Of a stretch of DNA of 64,000 bases, positions 27,097-43,070 are shown one piece after another. The position numbers were made by a program, and so were the translations under genes. Under the pieces are notes generated by a model. That model saw only the letters and a program-made list of their open reading frames with translations, was not told where the DNA came from and did not search any database. The stretch covers positions 114,390,001 through 114,454,000 of the forward strand of contig OX597823.1 in assembly GCA_951406725.2 (NCBI GenBank), in the 5' to 3' direction. This DNA is from Octopus vulgaris. Lineage: Eukaryota. How positions within the stretch are numbered: position 1 is the stretch's first letter; every line of letters begins with the position of its first letter.

Positions 27097-28547
27097 TTAA
27101 CTCATACTTTTTGGAATTCTCTACAGAATTATGGAATTATCAACTATTGTATTTGTATCTATTTTTCTTGACTATATTATATTGTAGTATGATGCAATGT
27201 CTCCTGGTTGCAGACGGTCGATGACGTATTTTATAAATAAAATAATATTTTTTATTCATGAAGTCTACAACATTCACGTTTGCAGTGGAATTTATATATT
27301 GCGTTGATTGTTTAAAGTATGTTCTGTGGTTTGTTGTTCTGAGTTAAGGATGGGTTTCCGATAATTTGTCTGATACATACTCACAATGAATTTGTGGTTA
27401 AATAATAAATGCTGCGTTATGTTGGGTTATTTTTAATTATAAATTAATGCATTTTGTAATCAAGTTTTGTGGTATATCATATACGGCTATGTGTATTTCT
27501 ATGATCTACAGTGACTTTCAAAGTTGTGTAAGTAAATAAGAATTCGCTGTTGTTTTCTGTTATAGGGTGATCTGCTAACCGGTTTCGGTACCCGTTGTAG
27601 ATTGTTTTACACCCTAGATTTCCTTATTGAGAGTTTTTCAGTTGATAACATTTTAAATACGCCAAAGAAAAAATCCTACTCTAGACATTCGATATCTAAC
27701 CAGGCACTCCCCAGTTCTGTTCATAAAAAAGTATGCGTTGTGATTAAATGTGCATCTCTAAAATTGGATAGAGTTACCAGCAGAATTTATATTAGAACTG
27801 TGGTGAATGTGGATGCAAGGGTGGTGGAGTTTTCTTTTCCTTATTATATTTAAGACCGTTCACATGCACCGGTCTAACACATGCATACAGACACATACAA
27901 GAAAGCTTCCATAAATTTAATTTATAAACACGTATATATATATATATATATATATAGTGATAGATTGGTACGTAGATGCATTAAATACGTACCAAAATAG
28001 ATACATAACTATGTCTACGTATGTATGAATTATATATGTATATAATTAATTGCACTAACACAATTGTATGTGTATCTATTTTGTGATGGCATAATACTTT
28101 TTTCGAGACACAGGTATATAGTGAGTTTTTCATAATAGAAACTACGAAATATAATTCAATCTGCCTATTGATGGAAACCAAACTAAAATAGGAACTAAGG
28201 AAAACAATATCGGGAAATGAAGAGGAAATCAGTCCCAAATCGTAATTGATAAACATGGAAAGTATTAGAAGATGAGGTTACAATGCAAGTATAATGTGAA
28301 GAGGTAAGAGAGGCAATGTACGTGATTTCTCTGGCTGAATAGTCTCATAGAGTTTCGCCTTCTAGTACTTTTCATGGTCATACTTGACGTCTACTGCGTT
28401 TGGTCTCAGATTGTATGCGTGTGTGTGTGTGTGTGTGTCTATACATATATCATATGATTAAAGGCATGCACATATAATATATATATATATCAAATATATG
28501 CACTCTCACATATAAACATATATACACAAACATATTTGAGAATATAC

Positions 28548-28633
<86 letters not shown>

Positions 28634-28891
28634 GTATACATACATACACACACATCTGTGTCTATATATATATATATATAGATACACACACACGTACGCG
28701 CGCGCGCACACACATACAATTATATGTATATATACACACATATATGTATGTATATATGGATGCACGAATGGATAGATGGATGGATGTAAATTAGATTTGT
28801 GTATATATATACTTATATACATGCGCACATACGGACATTCATATTTGTATACGTGTGAGTGTATCTGCGCCTGCGTTTATTCGCATGAATG

Positions 28892-28922
<31 letters not shown>

Positions 28923-29727
28923 AGAAAAATATTCTCACGAACATATGCTTCCTTTGCTCTGTGAATTCCAGAAAGTTCACCAGACAGATATGTGAATATG
29001 TTAACACAACCTTACCTACCGTTCTTTGCTGCCTACGGCGTATTTCCTCATTTCTGTTGCAACGGTCCACATTGTTTCTTTAATTAGCATAGAAACGCCT
29101 CTCCTTACTTTCCAAGCAATCGAGAGGCTTTCCTCTTTCTTCTCCTTCTTCTTCTTTTACATTTCTAATACTTGTTGTTGTTATTGGTATAGTTGCTGCT
29201 GCTGTTGTTGTTGCTGCTGTTTTTATTTATTTACTTTATTCATGTTTTCGTTACGGTTATCGTTTCAGATCTTACAAGAGAGAACGCAACAACATTGTTT
29301 GCTTTTGAATTTCATTGTATTATTTCGGTACACTTAATGTATGAGATTGCTGCTATTATTGTTGTTCTTCATATTATTATTCTTGGTCTTCATGTTGTTG
29401 ATATTGTTGCTGTTGATGGTGATTAATGTTGATATTTGCAGTTGCATATTGTTTTATTTTTATTCTGGAGAATTATTCGCATAAGACGTTAATTTAAAGG
29501 GGAAAAACTTACGTTATAGATGCAATTTGCTTGGAGCACTCTCACTAAAGATGTATATATGTATTCGGTGTTTCTAATTAAATCTTTGTCTATCTGTTTT
29601 CCTATGTGTCTGTTGTCTGATTGTCTATACACCTACCACGGCATCGTACAGCTCCATCTATCTATCACTCTGTTTACCTATCAAACTACATATATATATA
29701 TATGAGAAAGAAATGGGGAGAGAGGGT

Positions 29728-30105
<378 letters not shown>

Positions 30106-30366
30106 TGCTGGCGCTCCGTCGGTTACGACGACGAAGGTCCTAGTTGATCTGATCAACGAAACAGTCTGCACGTGGAATGACCGTGCGTGTGGCTGAACAC
30201 TTTCAGGAGGTCAGAGCAACTACTGCAGATGAAAGTGCCAAAGAAGAAAAGAGCCAACATAGTGACCTCTTCTAATCAAAACCTACGTACCTACTCCGAG
30301 TATTTCTAAATACGTAAATTAAAATCATTTGAATATAATTCGATATGTTTGTAAGAAAACATAAAA

Positions 30367-30752
30367 GGCTGTGTGGTAAGTAGATCGCTTACCAACCACA
30401 TGATTCCGGGTTCAAATTCCACTGCGTGGCACCTTGGGTAAGTGCCTTCTACTATAGCCTCGGGCCGACCAAAGCCTTGTGAATGGAGTTGGTAGACAGA
30501 AACTAAAGGAAGCCTGTCGCATATATGAATATATATATGTATGTGTGTGTATATGTTTGTCCCCCCACCATCGCTTGACAACCGATGGGGTTGTGTTTAC
30601 GTCCCCGTGACTTAGCGGTTCGGCAAAAGAGACCGATAGAATAAGTACTACGGTTACAAGGAATAAGTCCTGGGGTCGATTTGCTCGACTAAGGCAGAGC
30701 TCTAGCATGGCCGCAGTCAAATAACTGAAACAAGAGAATAAAAAGAGAGTAA
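30367..30752 (+). mobile_element. SINE family B
   Basis: Colinear with 63428-63836. Confidence 0.85.
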
Positions 30753-31159
30753 AAAAATCACTTTGAACACTCGAGGGGGACATCAGTCATTTTCCATATG
30801 ATATCTTAATTGAAATACATAGAAAATATTTAGCTTGATATTCAAATACACTTTTTACATTACATTCTTGATGAGAGTCCCTGGTGGTTTAGAGAGGATT
30901 GTGGTACTGTGGACAAGTTGTTTGCAGTCCGGTACCTTAAAATCAACACTCCTGAGGTGCTCTGCTGAATAATCACTAATCAAGGATGCCCAGAATGCTT
31001 AAGTAGTACGTTCGTGCTATAAAAGAATGAGAGTATGATTGGGAGTTGACGGTAACTCTCCTACTCACAAACAGTTTGAAACAATGTTGCATGTTGGCAC
31101 AGCATGATATTGTCATTTATTTTGACTGATATATATTCCAGCAGAAAGAGAATTGCTTC

Positions 31160-31740
31160 CCTCTTTACTCTCGCAGTGATGGCAAGCTAGTCAACGTGAG
31201 GGACACCAGATCAACACCAGAACGTAGAAGGATATCGACTACATGTGCTTTCAATGCAAAATCAAAGTTTGGAAAGCAGCAGAGTGTAATGGTCCAATCA
31301 GCCTTTCACAAGGAGTATAAACACTACAAACGCGGTGACAAGCTTTCTCTCAAGAATTTTCTGCATAAACGATAAAGACAACAGCAGAAAAATTGCCCGG
31401 GACATTATTGCGTTTAGTGAGGAACAATAGCAGACTCCAAAACACTTTCAAAATTTGCAACGTTGTTGTTCAACCTACTTTGCTGTACGCCACTAAAACG
31501 TGGCTTTGCATGACGTAGGGTAACAAACTTCATAGATTCATTTTTAACTACCTGCCCCAAATCATACACATTTCTTGGCAGTACAAGGTCCTAGACGCAT
31601 GTTCTGAATCACACATTGCTGGTTACCCTTCAAACAGTTTTTTATGGAACACTCCTCTACTCGTCTGACCATGTGACCAAAATGCGTGGCGAGCACCTTG
31701 TAAAATGTCTTTTCCACAGAAGATTTGTTTGGGAAAATCG
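31160..31740 (+). mobile_element. Older RTE-clade LINE fragment
   Basis: RSDGKLVN (cf. RTDGKLFN), KICNVVVQPTLLYATKTW (cf. VVLPTLLYGCETW) and ISWQYKV remnants. Confidence 0.65.
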
Positions 31741-31782
31741 TTCACCGGTAAAATTTCCTCTTAATTCTTATTATTTATTTTC

Positions 31783-31819
31783 CTAAAATTTTCGTTGCGT
31801 CTTGCAACCTTTTCAATAG
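31783..31819 (-). ncRNA. Minimal hammerhead-like motif, U3-A8 core variant
   Basis: Reverse complement: cta-TTGAAAA-g-GTTGC(aagac)GCAAC-GAAAA-TTT-tag. Stem I is only 3 bp. Confidence 0.45.
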
Positions 31820-33979
31820 TTTTGACTCTGTCCGTTATTTACACTGCGTTCCCTTTATTTCATATGGTCTCTATAGACAAAAAGCACAGTATAACACCTG
31901 ACGACCATGGTTCAGTCTTAGTTCACACTACCAACTAACAATTAGAGAACACTCTATCACAGATAGCCCTTATAAGAAGGAACTTACTGTAAAGCACCTC
32001 ATGAATATAACACATGACGACTGTTGTTCAGGATGAGTGTACACTATCATTTAACTAGAATCAATAAGAAATTCACTAATGAACTGCGAAAAAAGACAAA
32101 AACAATAATAATTGAAAATAATCAATATTTTCCTGTAAAAGACGTTTTCACACTGATCATTTACATATTAATTTTTACAGACGTCAGCTCATAATTCATT
32201 CATTTATTCAGTTTTAGTTATTCAATAGAAATAAATCAAGGGCCGAGAAATGTCAGATTGCTTTATCAGATATTTCTTTGTATTGAACCTGACCAAGCAC
32301 AGTGATCTTGCTCAATAGAAATTTAGATGTTCTGGATATTATCCCAGTTTTCACTAAGCTACACAATTAAGAGAAATCTCTTTCTCTGGATAAGAGCGCT
32401 AATTCTGTAAAAGATTTTTCCATGTGGAATCATTCCTGCACCGTAACGAAACACTCACGAGTAGAGAGCTTCAGCCACCTTTAACACAGGTATCTCGGTT
32501 TGATAGGAAGCCATAGTTATAATTATATGGTTGATCTAGTGAATATTACAGGAATGCAAATATGTGGTAAAATAGGGTACGAACCTGTGGAACAACATTT
32601 TCATTTCTTATCTGTCAATATTCAATATTTCTTCACACAGTATATGGCATTAGAATAAAGCAATACATTTAAATAATTCGAGGGTTTTTAGGTAGTATTG
32701 CTACTCTAAATGGTAACGATCTCACGTCGACGTTTTATTAATGCTCTAACAGCTTAAATAATTTGAAAATAAAATTTGTTAAAAGTGATTTTGTTATCCT
32801 GTTTATTTCTATATTCTAATTTATAATTTAAATTGACTTCTTTTTTTCTCTCAATTGTAAATAGAAAAATTATTTAAATGAAGCAAATTACTTTCTTTTT
32901 GTTTTCAAATATCAATTATCGATATTCAAAAATAAAGCAGGGGAAAAAGCACAAAAATACAGATGATTTCACATACAGATGCAGACTTACGTACACCGAT
33001 GCATACTCACATACACACAGAAAAAAGTGGAAAAAAAGATAAAATTAGAGGAAAAAATGATAATTATAAGCAAAGCAATCAATAACTAGGAGGACATTGA
33101 ACATAGAAGAGTAAATAAATCAGCAATGTGGCTGAAAAATTTATCGCTAGCAACCACAGTCGGAAGTAATAAATGAATGGTGCCGTAATTGACAAGGTTC
33201 CTAAAAGAAATACAAAAGAATATTGATAACTGCGTTGTAGTTTAGCAATCATTTTTGTTATTTATATTTTTCATTGTATGGTATTTCATTTATTTATTTA
33301 CTTTTTTGTATTTAAAGAAAAATCAAATGGTTGAAACAATATAATAAAATAATTCACAGACAAATTCTAAATTTATTCTGAAACCAACATAATATTCGAA
33401 ATTATGTATGAGTTATGTGTGATTAATTTAGCAAATAACCAAGCGGAGAGAAAGTATAGATTAGAGAAGATATATCAATAGAAACACATACAGTATCACT
33501 ATATACATAGTTGTATAGGCATTTCATTTATCACTTGACTTTAACTCACGGGTAAAAGCAGCGGACTCAGCCCCATGAGGGTGGCTTTATCTGCAATATC
33601 TATCTACCAAAAATGTATTGAAGACTATATGCCAGCATGTAATGATCTTCATAATTAACATTTTATATTTCAGTGAGTTATATATTGTGCACAAAGCGAC
33701 AGATGGAAGTTGTTCAGGAGAGCAGTGCCTAGGAAAATTTCGGTCATGATACTGGTGCATGGATTGAACTTATGATTTAAAGAGCCATACTAGTCATACA
33801 CTATTTAACATTGGTATTACCAGAGGATTTCGTTAAGTGAACAGGTATCTGTGGAAGACGTCGACCAATTAAATTAAAATGTATTAGGTAGGCAGTTCAG
33901 TTGGTGGAATAAATGGAATATTGGCAGTCGAAAATGACGGAAGGCTCATTTATATATAATCTCTATAAGTATCCGGACA

Positions 33980-34003
33980 TACATATGTGTGTGTGTATGT
34001 GTG

Positions 34004-34042
<39 letters not shown>

Positions 34043-34260
34043 GTATATATACGTATATATATATATATATGCATATATATATATACATATATATCTACAT
34101 ATATATATATATATATATACATACATGCATATGTGTACACAAACATATATATATAAATATATATATTTATATATATATATACTTATACATGTATACACAT
34201 ATATATATATATATGTGCACACACGTATACGCGCATACGTATATATATTGTATGCGTGTG
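33980..34260. repeat. (TA)n/(TG)n compound microsatellite
   Basis: Direct reading. Confidence 0.9.
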
Positions 34261-37200
34261 TGTGAAAGTGTGAATATGTGTGCTTGTTAGCTTGTGCGTG
34301 TGTTTTTGAGAATGTGTGCGCGAGTGGTGGGGGCGTGTAATTCTATAGCAACTTTTCATATTTAACAGGAATTTCTGTTAACCAATTTATTGTTGAGCTG
34401 TCCATATTCTCAAAAGGTTAATAAAGAAAGACAATATTTTACACTTACTGCTATGAGATGGATAGGAATACAGGTGTGACTCGAAGTAAAATTTACTGTT
34501 TTTCTAGTTCTGCTTTCAGTATTAGAAATACATGACACCTGCTGCCTAAACTTCGCAAAATTTGTGTATGTAATGCATATATATACGTGTTTTGTGTATG
34601 TGTGTGAATGTACATGTGTAAGTGTGTAGGCGTGCGTATGCGTGTGTATGTGTGTGATTGTGTGTGTGTGTGTATGTGTGTGTGTGTGTGTGTTTAGGTT
34701 CGTATATATGTTTATTACCTGATGCCGCTGTATATAGCGAAATGTAAAATATCAACTAGATAGTTGATGCCTTCGAAAACTTTAACTTGTGACATGTCTT
34801 CTCTTCATATTCATATCCACAACCTTGTCACTGCGCATGGGAGGTTCGTAGTCTATTCTTCGATGTAATTGATCTCAAAATGTCTAATTTGGTTTTTAAA
34901 TTAACTCAGTCAAATCTCATTTTATCACCTTGAAAAATATAAGAGAAATTTAGATACACTACAATCTAAAATATTAAGATCGTCATGCCATTCCGATTAG
35001 GTCCGATTACCCACTAATAATTACTTCAGTAAACAGCAAGCACAACTAACGATAATGCCAGATATTAAGAACATTACATACGCTAATGGAGTTCCAATTA
35101 ATTTGTTTAACCCAAGACAAAAAGACTTTGCACATGCACTAAAGATGATATACATACTGCTAAATGAATGCATACATAAGTGATTGTAACATATGCATTA
35201 ATGTACATACTCGTACACGCATGTAAAACATATAGGCGCGCATACGTGTTCATGCTTATGCACATATATACACAGAGACGTATAATTAGAAGTATACCTA
35301 CGCATAAATATATGTATAGTGTTTGTCTGCCTCGAAACGGCATTATATACAGTACATTGCAAACAATTTTTCACTGAGTGACGTCGAACGAATGATACAA
35401 GAATTTATATGAACTACTCGTTGTTTTCCCCATTCTGTATCATTTTCTCCTCTTTACATCTGGTTTGATAAATGACTAGTTGTGCGAAACGTTTTAATCT
35501 ATTCATCTCCAGCATTAACATTCCGTTTCCGTGCATTCGTAGTTTGTGTTGCATTTGCTCTAATCCCAATGCGTGTATTACTTCCAATATGGGTTGTCAT
35601 GCCTGGAAGACGTGCTTTTGGCAATATATAAGACAGAAGATAATCAGTCTAAACATGCATTGTGTGTTCTGAATTTAATTACAAAATTGATGAGCAACAC
35701 CTGAGAATTAGTATTACAATTATAATTTGAAAATTCTCTTGTTTATCAAACGTTTATCTTTGTAATTCAATGCCTTACTTTTGTCAACGAAATATTATTT
35801 TACGCATTTGCTGTTATTAAATTTGTTTCTGTTGCTGCTACTGTTCCTCCTTAGAGTAGCACTGAGCGGGTACATATTTGCTCAAAGGATTACAGCTATG
35901 ATGATCTTGTTAACTGACAACGAATAATTTTTTTCCTGTATTACATAACAATGTAGTGCAATGTTAAATATGATTTTGAGATTGTCAAGTGTTAAGTATT
36001 AAAATCCATGACATTCCCGCGAAAATGGAACATAGTTCTAAATACTATTATATACTTATTGGAAAATGCATCTCTGAAAATAATTTGTCGAAAAGGAGTT
36101 CGTGGAAGAGAATATATTTTGCTTTGTCAGAGCAATTAATTATTCTGATGTTTCCTTTATAAGATTACAACTATTGATCAACTATGCTACATATAAATAT
36201 TATATTTATAGTTTTGCCTCTTCAGTCGAACGATAATAACTTATCTGAACATTATTATTTCTCACCAGTCAAGTAACTTATCCCCATCATCAGTTGTTCC
36301 TTATATACATTGCTCCTCAGAAAATATTTACTATCATCGAGGCTATTAGCAACAACCAAACATAAGAATCATTACGAGACAACCAGGTAGTCGCTATGTG
36401 GTCAGACTTCAGTTACTTCCACATCGCTCTCTTCCCCACTGAGTACACACATACACACAAGCGTGCACACACACACTCGCATATACACACATGTATGTAT
36501 ATATTATCTGTGCATGTGTAAATGTATGTGTGCGTGTGTGTGTGCGCACCTGTGTCTATATGTTTACTATGGGCGTCTTCACCAGGAAGGGCATGATAGG
36601 TAATGTTATTTTATGTAGGTAACGCGAGATTGGACAGTATGGTTTAATCCAGTACTGACCTGGGGTTAAACAACAACAGCAGCAGAAGCAGTAATTTTTA
36701 TTTGTTACAACTAAAACAAAATGCACGCAATAATGTTATAAAATACGAGTTTATAGTTAACTTTGTAATTAATATAATATCTGTGGAAATATATTTCTTC
36801 TGATATTTCACTATTTTTATTCATTAATTAGGAATTGCTATTAATGTTATTATTTATTTATTTATTGTTGGTATGGGATGAACTCATAATCAGTTTTGTA
36901 TTGGTTATTGTTATTTATCGATTCAATGCAAATAAATGGCATTTCTTTATCACTGAAATTCATTTTATATCTTAATAGTGTAGCGATAATAACCTGCTAA
37001 TTAGCTGTATTTCAAAGTTAGTATAAATTCAGCCATAAAAATAATCGTGGTTCGAAGTTCTCTAGCGCATATTGATAAACCTACCCGGTTTGGTTTTAAT
37101 TAACAGTTTGTGAAGCAATGACCTTAAGGCTGTTTAAGAATTTTTTTGTACCTTAAAACATACGCCTTTCTGGATTGGCTAAATTGTTAATGCGTTGGTA

Positions 37201-40172
37201 TAGAATGCATTGTAGCGTTTAATTCCAGCCTTTCACATTCCTAGTTCAAATTCTGCCAAGATCAATAGTCCCTTTCGTCCTTCGGAAGACTATGAGGTAC
37301 AATATTGGTACGTGTGACTTCCAGTCTTCTTCAAGCTAGAGGTTATTGAGTTTTCCAGTTAAATATTCTTAATACCCTTTGTGCTTTATGGACAGATGAC
37401 TGAGTTAAAATCCAATGAACCCAGTATTGCTGCTGTAACAACGACAATAGGCATTAGCTTTAAAGCACATAATGATGGAACATTATCTTAAAAGTGATAC
37501 AGTTAAATGGATATTTTGTATATCTGTCCTTGTGCTTGATACAAATCGGTAGTAGGAGCAGAGGATAAGTACGACTGCATAGGGCATTCAATGCCGGTGA
37601 TTTTACTGCAACACTTAAAAACCATATTCTGCAAGTTGCCCTTATGAGCCTCCCGTAGCTCAGTCGTTTTGGAGAAGGTGAAAAAATAGAGAAGACAGAA
37701 ATATGGAGACAAGAATAGACTTACATCTTTGACTACTGTCATATTTATCGATCACGGACAAATTGCAGTTTCAATTGACCTCTCTGGCTATTGAACTGTG
37801 GACACTTTAATGATTCTGCCAATCAACCAATTTGTTATTTAGTATGAGAGTCAATTCTTGTCGGAATAATAACGACATTTAGTCAGTAATTGTGACCAAC
37901 TCCATTGTTGAAGCTAAGTACGTTGTTACCATTGATTAACTCCAGATCATATTAGACTGAACAACATACTCATAATAAAAACACCATGCTTATTCTTTCT
38001 TTCTCTCGAGAATTGTGTAGCTAGAACTATCTTTGGCAGTATACCTAGGATAGTTACGAGACGAGAGAATGAAACTTGGAGAATATTTGGCTGTTATTTC
38101 TATAAAGGCGATCATCTTACGTAGAATCTACTTCATTGTACTGTGGTTAAATAAATTGTTATTGAAGGAAGACTTCATTTTTTGGCATGTTTTACGAGTG
38201 TAATAAAGGATCTCAATAGTGGCTCTGTTTTCATGCTATGATCATCTATATCTGCGCCATCATACACTCGGGACCAGTTGAGCCGGCCCGAACTAGTGAA
38301 GACTCACTGTGGATTAACCTGTGAGGCTGTGCAGAATATATTGTTTATGCAGATTATCTCCAGTAACAACCATATTTTACAGTTATGAAGATCCATGAGA
38401 CAGCAGAAAGGTAAACGAATCACTTAATTATTATTGACTCGGTTTTCTCAAGTCTAAGTTCGTATCTTTCGGAGGTCAAACAGATAATAATAAAATACTT
38501 TAGATTAGAAAAGAGAGAGTTGACAGCAACAATGGAGCTATTTATTTAATGATTTGTTGTAATTCCTTTCATTTTTCTACGTTCAGAATTCAAAATCCCT
38601 CTTGAGATTACTTTGAATTTCATCAATACTAGATCTATAAAGAATAGCAATTGATTCCTTCTGTACACTTGGGTAGATTAAATCGTCAATAAGCCATTCC
38701 ATAGAGAAGTATGACCTTGAACATAGTTAAAAGGTAATCAATATAACATTATTAATTAAGTCGATATAACCTTTCCTTTAAACATTGCCATGTCTATAGT
38801 CAAAATAAAATAAATATTGAACTTTATTTCTTGCTGTATGTTATGTAATTTATTTTCCGAATCTGAAATATCCTTCTTTTCGAAATCAACTCAAGATATT
38901 ATTCAAATCCCTTTCAGGCATTTCGATCCGAATTTTGGGTATACACGAGTACATTTAATCCTTCATTATTTAGTTCAATATCTGTTAGGAATACAACTTC
39001 TTCAATCTCATGGTTTTGTGAATGGATGATTCTACATTACAGAAGACGTTTTGTTTGCGGTAGGAGGTGATCAGTATGAAGGAATGCATAAAGGGCCATA
39101 GTTATCAACTAGTAGTATCCGTTAGTATTTTCTCTTGCGTTATCTAATAACAATATTGTAAGCAATCTCATATAACAGCGGCAGTTTTGAAAGCAAAAGG
39201 AGTACAGAATGTCAACTAAGCATTTTTGGGTATTTATTAAATGCTACTGAAATCAGTTATCCACCCTGGCATCTAAGGACCTGGATGAAATATTCAACAC
39301 GCTTGGCCTTTGTCAAAATGTTGATACTAAAGCAGATACCAGTAATTACTGTCGATCACTTATCTCTAGATTGGGCAACAGATGTGATCTGAGACTCATT
39401 AACAAAGATTATGTATCAATGTTGTTGTTATTATTGTTAAAATCGCTAGCAAGAAATTGAAACTCATTTTTTTTACATTCCATGCATAATTTAACAATCT
39501 TGACGTGTTCAGTCAAAGACTCACATCGAATAAATTACAATCTGTTCTCAGAAAACATTGTATATCAACTTTGACTCTTGTTCATATAAAGTCATTTTCA
39601 TTTGTTTATGTGCATTGTTTTTAATGCTGTTTCAGCATTATATTTTAAAAACAAGTTTTATATAACCCGATTAATTATAATATATTGTAGAAGCATAACT
39701 AACACGCTTTGAAAGCTCGTGGGCGTCAGGCCAGTATCCGTTGCGTCACTATGACGTTAGCAGCTGTCGTAGGTACAATCATGCACCAACATATAAAGAG
39801 AGAAGTGCTATAAATTGTAAATTGCATTAGCCAAATGACATTATTTCCCTCTTTGAAGAGTTTTTATCCGTGAAAGGTTCTCATATCTGTGCATTAAAAC
39901 ATTATCGCTGTGCTTTCCTCTGGCATATTGTGCTACTACATTATATTTCATGATTTTGTCTCTATTTTATTTTTCCGAACCTGATTCACAATGCTTTCAA
40001 GATAGAATGTATATATATTCATAGACACGTATATCAAGAAACCTATACACATAAATTGCGATGTGCACATATCTAAACACTAACAAACATATAAACACAA
40101 TAATATATGTATACATATATGAATGAATATACCAATATATACATATACATATATACATATATACATACATAT

Positions 40173-40214
<42 letters not shown>

Positions 40215-40519
40215 GTACATACAAACACGTATATATTTATGTGTATATTAAATGGATATGTGTGTGTATTAATGTTTGCAATTGTATGTCTATGCACGTG
40301 TGTATGTAATTATTTAATATTTTCTTTATACGGTATATTTCCCATTCATTATTCCTGTTTGTTTAATTCGAATAGCTGCCAAGTTGAAGCACCAGCTAAC
40401 TCTTCAGATGTTGTGAGCCCTCGGTGTTTGTGTAACTCACTTATATGAACTGGAAGAGTATTCCTGGGGTTGAAATACAACTCTCTACAATAAAATATAT
40501 ATATTTATTTATTAATTCC

Positions 40520-40649
40520 TAAATATATATATATATATATATACCATATACAGAAGCATAATAGCATGTATATGTGTGTATATATGTCTATATATATATA
40601 TATATATACCATATACAGAAGCATAATAGCATGTATATATGTGTATATA

Positions 40650-40724
<75 letters not shown>

Positions 40725-40771
40725 ATGTATATATATATATGTGTGTGTGTGTGTCTATATATATATTTGTC

Positions 40772-40831
<60 letters not shown>

Positions 40832-40885
40832 AGTATATACATATATATGTGTGTGTATGTATGTATGCATGTATGTATGTATACA
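40520..40885. repeat. (TA)n compound microsatellite with a ~65-bp tandem duplication
   Basis: taccatatacagaagcataatagcatgtata occurs twice (~40542 and ~40607). Confidence 0.9.
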
Positions 40886-41525
40886 TGAATGGTGTATAAA
40901 TCTTCTTCCATAAATAGAAGGAATAGAAAGAGTATTAAGCGCCGAGCACAAATAAGTACTGATGTAAGGGTCTGTGTCTTCGACTAAATCCATTGAATAT
41001 GGTGAGACACATTACGGTTGTGATCCAATAAGATATCAGCTGTGATACAAATATGTCACAGTTGTAACCATGGTAACTTTTGAGTGTTCATAAAAATACG
41101 CTATCGGATATGCACTTATCCTTTTGAGATACTGAGATATGATGCGAAAGAGATTTCCCTTATGTATCTAGAAGGTCGAAGTGACCGCCTTGACGGTTAT
41201 TCGTTGTTGTAATTCTTCTTGTCTTCCTCTTGTGTATTTTTAGAGAATAAAGTTGGTAAACAAAAACAGTTCATTTTTCATTTTAACAGTGTGACCTGTC
41301 ATCTAGCTGCCTCTAGGGGCTGGAGGTGCTAAACATACATCATTAATTAGTTTAACACCAGCACTTGCCTTCTTCGATCTTTGTCGTAGTCTACTCTTGC
41401 AACCAATTAGAGCAGGTTCCATGCCCTGAGGTAGACTTTACTCCCAAATTTTCATCAATACTAAATTCCTATACAGTGTCATGCATAGTATCTTTTCTAC
41501 GCTCATAAAAATAAGTAAAACGAAT

Positions 41526-42033
41526 GGATCTTTTCTAAAAGAAGGCCAGATTTTTCTAGTTAACTAAACAATTTGAAACTTCGTATACTGGTAGAATGTG
41601 TCTAAAGAAAACAATTGTAAACCAAAATGAAAACGGAATTGTAATTTCTAAGTTTAACGTTGTTTAATAATTCGAATTTTCACCAATGGTATTCTTTGTT
41701 TCGACCTCATATCATTTACTGCCTCTCAAAATATTGTTACTGTGACGTAAACAGCTATTTTGTGACGTACTTAACGTAAAGATGTAAATAGCTAAAACGT
41801 AAACATCCGCTTATCGTAAACAGCTAAATTCGCTTGGCATCGTACACAGCTTTACCATCCTTAGACATCAGAAAGATTAGAAGTGCAACAAAGATTTAAA
41901 ATACCGGATCTTTACCTTTTGACCTACAGATTTAAAAAATAATTTTTTCTAACTAAACACTTTCAAACTTTGTGGAGTATATATAAAATTTGTGTAGATC
42001 CTAAATAGCTACACACACATGCATACAAACATA

Positions 42034-42076
<43 letters not shown>

Positions 42077-43070
42077 CTATATACACATGTTCTAATGCAT
42101 ATGCATATATGTGTATATATTTATAATGTGTGTGTATTATAGATGCATACATTATATATATATAAAAGATGTTTACATACAATATATATATGTTATATAC
42201 ATCTACATGTATATGTATGAATATATAAGTGCCACAGAATTTGAATCAAACTGTTTTGATCCATTCATACACACACACATATATATATATATACATACAT
42301 ACATACATGCATACATACATACATACACACATACTAAAATTACATCGTTGGAGCAGTAATTTATTTATGTATTTTTTGTTATACAATTTATTTTTAAGCT
42401 GAATCCCTATCCTGCCATTAACCCCTTTCTTCTAAAATAGTTGAAGAATATGGGGTGTAGGAATTGGGCCAGTATTGAAACTTTTAACTTCTTGCTCTCT
42501 ATCTTATGATCTCCGAAATTTAAGAATCTTGTGTTAACTGGGCTCTTATTATTTACTCTGACTCTGCCACCACCTCAATGCAAAGACTATCAATATCAGA
42601 ATCATCTTCACAACCACCACTGAGACATCCTAACATAATCAATGCCACTACTACTATCATCATCATTATCATCATCATCCACTGCCGCCACCACCACCAC
42701 CACCTCTACAAAAACACCAACACTATAATTGCTGCCATCATACACATCCACTGTCACCACTACACCACCACTGCCATGATAACCACATCTACCACAGCTG
42801 TTTGCTTACTTCTTACTCACGCTGTTTAAAATTTTCACAAAATAGCTGTCTACGTCACACTAACACTATGCAGCTAATAATTTCAGATCAAGACAGACAA
42901 TACGATTGGTTAAAATTCGCAGATTTAAACTACGTTTAAACTTGTAACATACATTTTTCGCAAAAAAACTAGTTGAAATTGATGCTTTCTTTTGACACAT
43001 TCTACCAGAATATGAAGTTTCAAATTATTTAGTTAACTAGAAAAATCTGGCCTTCTTTTAGAAAAGATCC
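41526..43070. mobile_element. Non-autonomous DNA transposon with ~80-bp TIRs and perfect 8-bp TSD (Merlin-like)
   Basis: ggatcttttctaaaagaaggccagatttttctagttaactaa... is inverted at ~42990-43070. TSD aaacgaat at 41518-41525 and 43071-43078. GG...CC termini; non-coding interior. Confidence 0.85.

Noticed and set aside
27190-27860. Possible Penelope-like ORF relics (also ~2450-3400 and 26440-26770)
   Set aside because: Composition is suggestive, but I could not read a convincing RT or GIY-YIG motif; needs tBLASTn or an HMM search.
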